64,000 bases of DNA from positions 26,502,343-26,566,342 of the forward strand of contig OZ037766.1 of assembly GCA_964035545.1 (NCBI GenBank), given 5' to 3'. A program made the position numbers and the translations under genes. The notes below the pieces were generated by a model, which ran no database searches, was not told where the DNA came from, and saw only the letters and a list, made by a program, of their open reading frames with translations. The stretch comes from Bugula neritina (taxonomy: Eukaryota; Animalia; Bryozoa). Each line of letters starts with the position of its first letter. The first letter of the stretch is position 1. Shown in pieces: positions 1 through 12,200 of this stretch.

Positions 1-124
1 TAAGTTCTTTTATTTTATTATTAAATTCTGCTTTGAAATTTTTGTGAGAACACAACTTCTTATGCTACATTTCTAATTTGGAACACAGGCTTTTCTTAAT
101 TTCTCTATTACTGCACCTACTTCC
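1..124. mobile_element. Short dispersed MITE-like repeat, copy 1 (partial)
   Basis: Aligns by eye with 13645-13779 (TAAGTTCTTT...GCTAC.TTTCTAAT...CACAGGCTTTTCTTAATTTCTC...TTACTGCA.CTAC) and with the reverse complement of 6883-6975. Confidence 0.6.
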
Positions 125-350
125 TTTCAGATTCTCAACTGGAATTCTTTGACTAATACAATTTGACTGCATCCCAAACCATAAATAGTTTGTCTAGATG
201 TAGCTCATTGGTTAAAATATTGTATCACATGGCAACATATGTTTGTTCTCAGCTGAAAAGCACTTTCAATAAGTAAACAAGTCAGAAACATAAAGTAGTT
301 TTTGAATTTTTCCAAACTTTCAATCTAAAAAATAAAACTTTTTGCTACAG

Positions 351-3300
351 TTTCATGATGGATATCAGATTGACTTCTCTAAGAAGAAGCATAAGCAGAT
401 AAGTATCGAAGTATACAGAGCGTCGCCAAACAAGTTTGTCGTGTGCGAGAAACCTGGCCACTCCAACCAACAACTTACAAAAGCCTGCAGAAACTGTCAC
501 AAGCTCTTCTGTGACAAGTGTGACACAAAAGCTGCCTGTGATGTGAATGGAGGTAAATTATTAGCAAAATATGTGATTGTATCTCTTGTGACAAAAATAT
601 AGCATGTGTTACAACATAGTTGGTTACTAAATAGTATGACCGAAAACTTTAATTATTTGTATTGCAGCCGTAAAAAATGTTACTTGTGGTCATTTATATT
701 GATAACTCTAAATGCTTATCACTTTTTTTTGTATTTAGTCTGCACTGTAAAGATACATTCTTAATTTTTCTAAAACTCAAGTTTATCAAACAAATTTGCA
801 ACAACCAAAGTTATTTATGTTTACACTTAACTTAACTGCATTATTTTAATTTCTATCTTGTGTTCATAAAGATTCTCATCATACTACTCATGTTTTACTG
901 TTCTCAAATTTGAAGATTTTTTTCAACCTAATTTAATGTGATGATGCCTAGATGATCTTATACAATATGTCTATATTTTATATCATGTGACTAGGCAGTT
1001 TTAAAATTTAGTAAATCATGTGACTGAGCAGCCCTATAATTTCTTAATAGATCATATAACTAAGCAATCCCATACTTTAGAACTTTGTTTTAATGTCTCT
1101 AAAACATTTTCTTTTCACAGCCAAAGTTCATGACCCAAGAGAGATTGAGAACTTGTCTGTAGAACTTAAGGATATACTGAGTAAGAAGATGGAGTTGTGT
1201 TCTGGTAAGATAACAGATATCATACGTCTGCAGAAGAACACGTCTGGAGATCTTTGTGACATTCAAGAGAAAGTCGGACAAATGCTGGAAGAAGTTGATA
1301 GAACTGCTGAAGATCACGTAATGTGAAAAATATCTTCTGCTGCTTCTGAGCTTTCATATATATTCGTAGTTGCCATAATGAACAACATCAGTTCTTTGAA
1401 AATTTTTAGCTAGTTAGGCAAAAACAATTTATAAAAAAATATAGTCAACATTTTTAATGAAAAATTTAAATTAGAAATTGTTTTAATGAAATCTCTGACT
1501 CAACAAATGTCCTGCTGACAAGCTAACACACCTTGAGCCAAAATACAGACAAAAAGATTACTTAACAAGAACTATACATTTTTTAATGATGTTAATTTTT
1601 TGTTCACTTTGTGCATTTAATTATGCATTTATTGTAGATATCAATGATCAAATCAAAGGCAGATCAGCTAAAGAACGAAATAACTTTGCATCTGAATCAG
1701 AGCAGTAATCAAGTGGATGTGTTTAGTTCGTCTTTAATGGCAAAGAAAGATCAGCTCGATGACCTTTGGACATCAACTCAACATCTTATCACTCAGGTTA
1801 GTCTCTCCTTGCCCGATATTGCAGTGTTGAAGAAAACTTAGGCTATTTTAGCCTATTATAATTTAGATATAACTGCTTCCAAGCTTACTGAGATTATTCA
1901 AGAGCTTAAAAGTTATTTGTTTAAATTTTACTCATCAATAGGTGGGAGCTGATCCTAAACTGTTTGAGGTAGTAATGAGAAATTAAAAAAAACTTGTGCT
2001 CCGGATGAGAAATACTATCAGACATTATTTTCTCGCAATATTTTTAATGATCTCACCCTAAATGTTACCGTGGAAACTGCACTTTTTGATGGCCGAAGCA
2101 GATTGACTTCATGACTGTAAGACTATGATTTACTACATGCAGCTACAAATACACATGTTATACAGCGTGAAAACCCAGTTGGTGTTGTAGAACAGAGATG
2201 CTGAAGTAGTTCGACAGTATAAAGCTAGGAGTGATCAGTTGGATAGAGCTGTGACAATTGAACTTGGATTCTGTCATCTCTCTAGAAAGATGTTGAGTTA
2301 CACTGGGTCAGGTGAGTTGTAAATGATGTAAAGTAATTACATTTTCAGCTAAAGATATGACATCTAAGAATTGGTAGTAATTTAGTACATAGTATTTGCC
2401 AAATATTGTAAGCTATGAAGGTTAATTCCAGTTATCAGCAATTAAATGCAAAAAATATAATTGTATTTTAGTTGGCTTCATAACACATATAATGATGCAC
2501 TTAGACGTCACTGTTGTTGTTTTAGTCTGCTGACACACTATTCTAATATAATAATAAATCATGCAAATAATCTTTTACTTGTAAGCATTTTATATAATTC
2601 TTAATGATGTCAAAAATTTTATGAAAATTTTAGTTCAAAATATATTAGGTATTAGTATTCATTAATGTGCAAAATAAAATATAGAAACGATGCTACACTT
2701 CTCTACTTCTAAAACAAGTGTCTATGTAATAACGTGAGCATATATTATTATACAGATGAAGACATAGATTTAGGACTGGAGCTAGAACCTTCCTCTCCAT
2801 CCAGTCTACACTTTAGAATTAAAGAGAAAAACTCGACAGTTCACTGTTCAACTGTTTGCTGGACTTTGGAAGGCCACTTCCTCTGTGGTAGAGACTCTCT
2901 AATGGAGGTAGTTTAGTGGTCCAATATGGCCTACGTCATAATCTTATAATCGATTATAATCTATTAGTTGAAGCAGATGCAAAAACATTGTTTTCTAAAA
3001 ATAAACTTTGCGTTTTAGCAAAATATTAATTAAGAAGTTATTCACTGTAGCAGTTGCAATGCAAACCTAAAACTAATAATAAATAATTATATGGGTAAGG
3101 CTAAAACCACAGTTTCTATGAAACATGATTGGCAATGTTTCACTAATTGAATTTTGAGTTAAAGTATAATTATTTAGTTATTCCACAGAGCAACAATTCC
3201 TCAAGCTATGAATATCTGTTTAATCTAATGCTATTAAAAATATACATTCTTTGCCTACTTTTAATGACTGCTTGCATTTTGCTTCCATTTGTACCTTGCC

Positions 3301-4261
3301 TACATTTAACTACTGTTTGTGTTTTGCTTACCTCCAAATAATTCTTGTAATTTGTCTACATTTAAATACAGCTTGTGCTTTGCAGGTGAGACACAGTGAC
3401 AATGTGAATGTGCTGAAGAACCTAAAGACTACAAATGCCAATGGAGTTGCTTTACACAAGCAGGGTTACCTGGTACTTCACTGGGCTAACAATAAGAACT
3501 ACATCATACTCTATTCTCCTGAACTCACGTTTATAAAGCTGTTTGGAGAGTTCTTTAGAACTACAGACAAGTTCTCCCACATGTCCTCCTCAGAGAAGCA
3601 CGTGGTAGCAGTGGATCCTGACACCAAACAGCTGAGAGTCTACGGGACGAATGGGGACAGTCTCTTTGACATGAAGCTTGTGGGTATGATGAGACCGTGG
3701 GGAGTTCATTACCTCCAAGATGGCTGCGTCCTCGTCTCTGACTTTATGGCTGGCAGTGTGAGAAAGTACAAGGTGTTACCAGGTCATAGCGAGCCTATCT
3801 GGGTGTGCCGAGATTTAGAATCTCCGGTTGGAATAACGACAGACTTTTCAGGGATAATTTATGTAGCGAGTTTTACAGGAAGCAAGATTTATGTTCTCTC
3901 ACATGAAGGTCAGTTATAAATAAATAATTCTAGTATTTCCTAATTGTATGCTTCCTATTATTTACAGCACTTGCATGTACATGTTTTACACATGCAGCAT
4001 TATAAACCTTTTCTCTTAAAAGAACTTAAAATTTGTTACTTCAGGCATATACACAAAAAGCTCCTTACTTCTAAAATCGTGGCTGTGACATATTCGTATT
4101 TATGTCCAACAGGTGTCAAGCTGAAGGTATTGACCCACAAGAAGTTGCAGAACGTGAAAGAAGTGTACGACATTGACATAGTAGACGACCAGCTAGTCTT
4201 AGCCTGTGGGGTAGATGGACTTGCCTGCTTCGAACTTACATTTGAGGCAGTTGTACTCTAG
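351..4261 (+). CDS. TRIM-NHL-like protein, paralog A (5' part lies upstream of the window): B-box2, coiled coil, NHL-like beta-propeller
   Basis: Exons 351-552, 1121-1317, 1638-1796, 2191-2311, 2756-2907, 3386-3908 and 4113-4261, all GT/AG-bounded and frame-compatible. B-box-like CEKPGH..CRNC..FCDKC and NHL-like PWGVH..DG.VLVSD and PVGITTD..G.IYVA motifs. Clearly homologous to paralogs B and C. Confidence 0.88.
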
Positions 4262-4949
4262 GGCTACCCGCTTGCATATCTCTTACAGAGCTTACATTTT
4301 AATGACCATACATAATATTATATTGTATTATTATATAGTTTTTAGCTTATAATCATTTGTAAGCAACTTATTTTTAGCTGTTTGAAAGTTTATATAATTC
4401 TTGTTTTCAGGTGCATGTTTAAGTTTGATGATTGAATGCTTAAAGGTCCCGTTTATTAGAATGACAACTTTCTATTCCTCAACTAGTATATTATATCTAC
4501 TTTAAAGATTTATCCATTCTTTAATTTAATTATTTATGTAAATGTATTCTGCAACCATATCAATGCGAGTATTAAAAATGAATTATTGACACAATGCTAT
4601 TTTACTGCAATTAAAATAAATTATTATTTTATCATAAAGCTATTCTAATTTGTTATCTAGAACCTTCTAGAGTCTAGACTGTAAATAGTATCTTGTAGTC
4701 TGTGGTGTACATTGTATATGATACACTGTAGTCTGTGGTGTACACTGTAAATAATACATTACATGGTACAAAGTGTGTTGCAATATATACAGCATAAATG
4801 GCACATTGCATGATACATGCAGCCAGTGTAATGTAGTATGTGCATAGGGCATAATTTAAAGGCTAAAACTTGATTTCCTCTCCTTTATTCAATATTTGAG
4901 ACCAGATTAATTAAAGCACTATATCATTTATTTACCACCAACTTCTTAA

Positions 4950-5718
4950 AGGATTGCTCAATCTTAGTTTATTACAATCACATTATAATTATGAACTATA
5001 ATCTAATGGGTATGCAAACAATTGTGACTTTGCAAAGGGATATATGCCTAGAAAACAGCTTTTCAAAATTCCAATTTTGAGGGAGGTAAAGTTTTCAGCC
5101 ATGAAAAAGAATAGCCTAATACGTGACGTGTGAACGCCAGTAACTATGCTGCACGTGCTAACTATAACGCTAGTATTCAAGGTTGCTGAGCGAAACATCA
5201 ACCAATAACGCTCAAGCAGTTACAGCGCGCTATATAGGTCAGCTTTGGTGTGCCCGTAATATTGCACAATCTGACCTAGTTTAGATCGCTCGCAGGCATT
5301 CATTCTAAGGAATGTATGATTTTGCAATGCTTTTTTCTAATGTTTACAAGCAAAATATGGCCTAATGTTATCACATACATGTTATTTAAAATGTCAAAAA
5401 ACTATAGATTGAGATAATTCACATTTGCACTTCTATAAATATACAAATTTCGAGCTGAAAGATCACATCTCACAGTCATATTTCTATAGTTATTCATTTG
5501 TATAGTCACGTGACCAGCAGGAATGCTGGCGCTGTTACGTCACATTTCCCAGCTCATTTCAAAATCGGCGTTTTGGCTGTTACCAATCTACACCCTCAAC
5601 TTCAACTAACTTTTTCTACCTTTGGTCAAATGCTTTTTGCCAATGCATGCTTAGAAAAACACAATATTATGTGTGTTTGACCTAAATGGCCATTTATTAG
5701 GCAAGATAGAGCAATCCT
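4950..5718. mobile_element. Non-autonomous DNA transposon, Kolobok-like (TTAA TSD, AGG...CCT termini)
   Basis: TTAA|AGGATTGCTC at 4946-4959 and GAGCAATCCT|TTAA at 5709-5722 form a 10-bp TIR with a TTAA duplication. No credible coding sequence inside. Confidence 0.6.
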
Positions 5719-6240
5719 TTAAGGCAACTTTATTATTATAGGAATTTCGAGCAGTTATGTCATAACTCGGTTATGTAAGTTCTACACTCCTTTGTAATGT
5801 CATTATGCAAGTGCTATATATACTTATCTTTATAGTGCAATGGTGCAAATGTTATCTACCCTTATAAAGTATATTATAGGTATCATATATTCTAATTAGT
5901 CATAATATGATATTATATTCTTGATATTACACTTGTGTAGTGTATTTATTACCAATCCATAAAATATACACACCTATATGTACATGATATTGCATATTAT
6001 AGCATAAAAAGTTATAAAAGTATGAACATGTGAGTGAAATGTATATCAAAATTATTCTAATTTAATGAAATTTTACAAGTAGATTTTTTCAGAATGAACA
6101 TATAATACTATAATATAATACAAACTTACATGGCTTTCTTATAGAAGTTGTCATCCCTTATCATTTTTCTGATTATTATAAAACTTAATATACCATAAAA
6201 GTCATAACTTTGCAAAAAAATAAGCCTGTGGTCAATGCAT

Positions 6241-9200
6241 TTATCTAACCAATGCCTCATACATCATTCTAAACTGTAGTACACCGTATACACCACAGGC
6301 TAAGCTGACTACTTCGCTGTCGACTGTGATGTCATATATCTCCTTGACCTCTTGCAGTTCTGGATGAGTCAGTTCTTTCATCTTCTTTCCTGCAAATCAA
6401 ATGTAGAAGAGTAGTTGATCTCTAGTGCTATGTTCAATAGTAGAATGTAGAATAGTACTCGATCTCTAGTGCTATATACAATAGTTTACACTTCAAGTTT
6501 TTGTTTTAACAACTGTGACATCTGGTACTTGTATGGTATAGAACAATTTCCATTGACAACAATTGCCTTTACCATTGTGCTACTTCTATTCAAATTCCAT
6601 GATGCAACAGTAATTGTGAGGATAGCACAGTATTATACGTGCACATTGCTCTATTTGGTATGGTACAAGTATAAAGTATGTGTTTAAATTGTTTGTTGAC
6701 AGATAGTTTAAAGTTTTTGCAATGAGAATTTAATGGATAAAAACAAAACAATTTTTTTTAACTTTTTGGTAATAATGAGGTATTAAAGACAAGTATACTG
6801 CCTACACCTAACCCAATTTACCACATTTATCAGTTAAAGTTGATTAATTTTAAAGTTTGTGGCGGTTGATTTGTCTTTCTAGAGGTAGGTGCAGCATTGA
6901 ATAAATTGATTAGTAAAAACTCGTGTTCTAGATAGAAAATGTAGCAAAAGAAGTTGTGTTCTCGCAAGAAATTTACCCGTACTCCAAACTGAAACTTATA
7001 AGGCAAATTAAAGAACTTGGGCTATTGAGATTTTCTGACTACTCACCCTGTTGAGAGATAATATATATTCTCTTAGCGCTGAAACTAGCTACGTAGATGA
7101 ACCCTGCGGCATCTGTTGTCAGACCAACTGGGGCTACAAGGTCTGCGCACATCCACAGAGAGTGTTGGTTCCCTTCCGTCAGTCTGTACTTCCTTACACA
7201 ACCTCCGACAAAGTCTGACACCAGCACCGTGCCATCTGGCAAGGAATGCACTCCCCATGGCCTCTTACACTCAAGAAGTTTAGTGCTAAACTGGAACTCT
7301 CCTTTTGCGTTGTACACATTTAGCAGCTTTTCATCTGGATTCATAGCTATAGCTTGAGTTTTAGTGGCCGACAGTTGAGAATATTTGTCGGTGGCTCTGT
7401 AAAACTCTCCAAACAGTTTCATGAAAACTAATTCTGGTGAATACAAGATGATGTAGTTCTTTTCATTTTCCCAGTGTAATGCTAAGTAGCCTTGTTTGTG
7501 TTTTGCAACGCCATTCACACTTGTAGAACTCACTTTGATCTTTGATTTCAGTGTAGAGCTGTCCAGAATCTCCAAGGCGTTGTCTTGTCCACACAGCAAC
7601 TCTGTGTTTGCTATAGAACTAATGGAAGTACAGTGTCCATTCTCTTTCTTCTCCTTCATTATCAAGTCTAGGTAGAATGGAAGAGCCTCTCTTAACTGCA
7701 CTTCAACATCCCTGTGTTCCACTGTAACAACAAATTTGCAATATTTAAAAACTCCATATATAAGCTTGTTTATTTAGTTTCAGAGTTATATAGACCACTG
7801 AGAAATATTTTTATGAAAACTTACAGAATTTTTATGATTATTAATTTCAAGTTGAATTAGTATTTTTACATAGTCTATATGTGTGATAATTTCAAGCAGT
7901 AGTAAAAATTGCCACTTTACTAATTCAGCAATGGATAAGTTCTCGAACAGCTAATATTTTTAAAACCTTTCAACTGTAAAAAAGCAGTATAATACCAATG
8001 TTTACAGTAAGTAAATTTAGGGAGCAGCCGTGGTCTAGGGGTCAGAGCGTTTGTCTAGTAAGCACCAAGGCCATGGTGATGTTAGGAAGAGTATCCAGTC
8101 ATAATTGCTCCTGTGCCCCATCTGAATAAGTTCTTAGCCCGAGTTAGCGAAAAACCCTTTTCATCAGGGGTTTCTCATAGGGATGGAGACTATAAACTTG
8201 CGTGAGAGTTTACAGTAAATTTATGGTATTACAAGCACTTGAAAGATATTGCTTTGAAAATAACATTTGATTTGAAAATAAGAGTCATGATCACCTGTTT
8301 TAACCAGCATCTTTCTGGTAGGAAACTGACAAAGTCCGATCTGCAGGTTTACAGCCGAAGTTATCTCCTCTTTAGTAGACCTGTACTGAGTCACAATGTC
8401 TGAGTCATGTCTCTGAGTGAGGAGTTGGTGGGTGGTCTTCCAAAGCTGGCCAATATATCCCTTAGTCTTGGCTAGCTCGCTCCTGTACTCAGTGGCTACA
8501 GTGTCATTGTCTATTCTGTACAGGTGAATCATGGTTTTTAGTGCCTCTGCTTTTTGCTTTATTATCTCTATCTATTGGCAAATTTTCAACAATACATTAA
8601 AGGTGATATAGCTCCAAACACAGTCTGTGTTATTAAAAAGGTTGGAATTTACTTAATTTGTTCAACATGGTGTCAGATGCATTATGAAGTAATGTTACTA
8701 GATAGACAAACGAAATGTCAAGAGCTAGTGTCTTGTCAAAGTATTGTCACAATTTGCATTGGGGCCAATGGAAAATAATTATAAGAACAAAAGTATTGCA
8801 CTTTCTAACATAAAATATGAACGGGTTGAACTCGAATGATATTTGTTGAATTGTTTTATAAAAAAAACTGGATAGAATAGAAACACTAAATCAGGTGTCA
8901 GACCAGCAAAAACTAAAAGTGCTATATATTAAAAGAACATGATTTTAAAACAGCCCAAATAATGTCTGGGCTTTGGGTTGTCTAATTAAGGTCATCAATT
9001 AACATAAATTCTTTTTATAGAATAATGTTGAACTATTGACATGGGAAACATGGCAAACCATCTTATCCCTCCTTCCCATCAGCAGTGAGATGGCGGGAAG
9101 TAACAGTCATACACTGTGAGCACCCATGACTAAACTTGGCAAAACAATTATGTTGTAAGTTTTATTGGCTGGCAATTGTTCGAAGAGTTTACTACTAGGC

Positions 9201-12200
9201 AGGGCTCAGTAAAGCAGCGTACCATTTAGATCATTAGGTGTATATGTAACAAGAGATATTTAGAAATGTGCAAAACTTTGATTTTGAGTATGCAAAAGAA
9301 GAAGCTTTTTTTGACCAAAGTAAATCTAAAAGAAACTACAATTTAAGTTTTTTAAGAATACAAAAATAGTCTGTTGTTGGAAAAACTTGCAGCCTATTTA
9401 GGGTTTCTCCTTTGACAGTACATTCCAATAACTTTGAATGTTTACAGTTGATTTGTACAAAGAAAATAAATTATAAGTGAAAGCAGATAAAACGGATACC
9501 TGCAAGTTTTAAAATATTTATCATTGTTCATTATATTTAATGTTTTATATAATATATTAGAAACTAATTAGGGTGATTCAATATGTTATGTTGTGGGTGT
9601 AAGATGATCTGATGTTGACAAGCTACAAGCTAGCAAGTACTAAAGCTACTGACAAGTGATAGCCGAAGGAAAGCCAACAAGGAACACTCTGGAGCTAGAG
9701 CTTAGCCTGGTAGGTTAACACTACATGGCGCAGTCGGCAGGATATTGAGGAGACAAGAGTTACAAAAGAGAGAAGTGTGTTGTTTGGAGTTCACTAGACT
9801 TCAGAGGTTTATATTTGGAAAAAAGAGTTGAGAAAGGTGGTGAGTGTTGACTTTTGAGCAATTTATAAAGAATACTAATAGATTCAGAATAAGAGTGACT
9901 GCGAAAGGAACTGAGAATTAAACTTTGAGAGACACGGATGCCCAGAGATTGAAACTGAGAGTACAGTGCATAATCACGAGATAGCTGCTTAAAATTAAAT
10001 TGTTTTATTTACTCTATTAAAACTGCTCAAGTGTAGTATGGCTCATGAAGACATCAAATTAGACCTTAATGCTTTTCCTAAATTAAAGTTGGATGAAAGC
10101 AACATAACCAAATCTTGGAACTCATGGCTCATTCAATTTAAATTGAGTATAGAAGTTACTTCCCTTAATGCAGGGTTTGAAGTAGTAGGGGATGAACAGG
10201 TTAGCAGATTTAGAGGTAGGAGAAAGCTTTTAGCTCTGTTAGGAGCTGTAGGATCAGAAGGTCTTGATACTTTACAGTCATTAGGTTTTGATTTGAATAA
10301 TAACTCTGATGATGGATATGAGTTAGCCTTAGACTTACTGCAATCTCACTATGATAGAGATGATACATTTTATGTGAAAACCATGAAGTTTGTCACTGTG
10401 ACCCAAGCTTGTGGAGAAAACGAAATTGATTATTTGCTAAGAGTTGAGAAGCTAAGTAGAGCAATAAACTTTGGCAATAATGATGATGTTAGAATGGGAT
10501 TTGCAGTTGCACTAGCAGTTAATGGTCTAAGAAATGCAGGATTACGTAGACATTTGTTGCAGCATGCTAACCTAAGCTGGGAACAGCTGAAAAGAAAAAG
10601 TCGTGCTGCACATTTAAGTAAACTTACTGAGGATGCTTTAAATGCAATAAACAATGAATGCATAGATGAACAGTCAATTGGTAGACTCACATATTCTTAC
10701 CAAGCTAATGGTAACTCAGAACATTGTAAGAAAAGAGATAAAGTCCTACATAGATCTAATTATGATAAGATAACTTCTATCAATAGAGACAACTCTTTTT
10801 CAAAGAAAAAGGAGGCATGTAATTCATATCAACATTGTAGTTATAAATCGCAAAATGCTTACAAAAGTCATGGTAGATGCTTTAGATGTGACCGTACAGG
10901 ACATTATGTGAGAAACTGCCCTAAAACCCGTTGCTACATGTGCAAGGAATTCGGCCACATTGCTCAAGATTGTTCTGATAACGAAAGATACCATCACAAA
11001 AAGAGATATGTGGAACAAAGAGAAAACAGGATCGGAGTTATGGACTCCTTAAAATCAGTGAAGTTTTCTAAAAAGAGTGATGTGACTTATAATCACAATG
11101 TCAGTCCTAAAATAACAAGGACTTTACTAGTTAGTGGTAGGCGTGTAGAATTCTTGCTAGATACTGGGTCTGAGGTTTCTACACTTACTGAGGCGACTGC
11201 AGAAAAGTTGAACATTAAATTAAAGGAACCAGATAAGCATATTACAGGTGTTGATAAGTCTTTGGTGAATGTGCTAGGCAGAGCTAAGGTTTGCATTGGC
11301 GACTTCAACAGATTTGTGGATACCAAGATTTATGTATTGGCAAACTCTACTGAAAATTTGCTTGGTATAGCTGATATTACTAGGTTAAAATTGCTGGATC
11401 TGCAATGTTGATATAAAATGATACATGTGTGTTGTAGATATGGAAAAGTGTATTGATGTTCACTGTAATGATATAAACACATTATTGCAGTGGAATACTA
11501 TTGAATGACAGGCAGAAGCAGTTACCAACAATGTTGTCTGCTCCCGTGAGTTTAACTCATGGAAGACTCTGTAAGCCGACGAGAGAAGTCAGTTGTGACC
11601 CTCGCTGTTGCTTCACGGGGTGTGAGCCGAGTGTAGTCTATATGCAGACCCTCGACATCTCACTTTCAGATAATATGATAAATGTGAGGTTTGACCTCAG
11701 TACTGACATGACATCATCAACATTGCCACTAATGTTGTCTGCTCCTGTGAGTTCCTTAGTTTAACTCATAGAAGACTCTGCAAGCTAGCAAGAGAAGTCA
11801 GCCTTGACCCTTGCTGCTACTTCACTTGCAGATACTATGATAAATGTCAAATTTGGCATTGTTCTTCCCAACAGTGCTAGCATTGCGAGGAGGTGGGATT
11901 CGACATCTAGGACTGAGCCACTTTGAACCACTTTATAATAAGTTTAAGTATTCAAGGGCATTAGTTGAAAGCTAGTTTTGTTTGAATTGATTGCACTTCT
12001 CTTTTAAAAGAAAAGGGCATGTGGAATTATTAGCATCATGATGATGATAATATAGATATGTGTTCTGGTATTCTGAAAATGTGCTCTTGTGCCCTGCTTC
12101 TCTTTTGTAAGGAGGGAGCATGTAAGATGATCTGATGTTGACAAGCTACAAGCTAGCAAGTACTAAAGCTACTGACAAGTGATAGCCGAAGGAAAGCCAA

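Noticed and set aside
935-1030. Possible C/D-box snoRNA (TGATGA...CTGA)
   Set aside because: Explained by short local repeats of ATCATGTGACT; no terminal stem or recognisable guide.
10038-11411. Domesticated Gag gene (Arc/PEG10-like)
   Set aside because: Identical LTRs, TSD, PBS and PPT indicate a recent mobile insertion, not a fixed host gene.
11409-12106. Readthrough or frameshift into pol; hammerhead ribozyme (retrozyme) in the LTR element
   Set aside because: No long ORF or RT/IN motif downstream of the stop, and no CUGANGA/GAAA core with flanking stems could be identified by eye.
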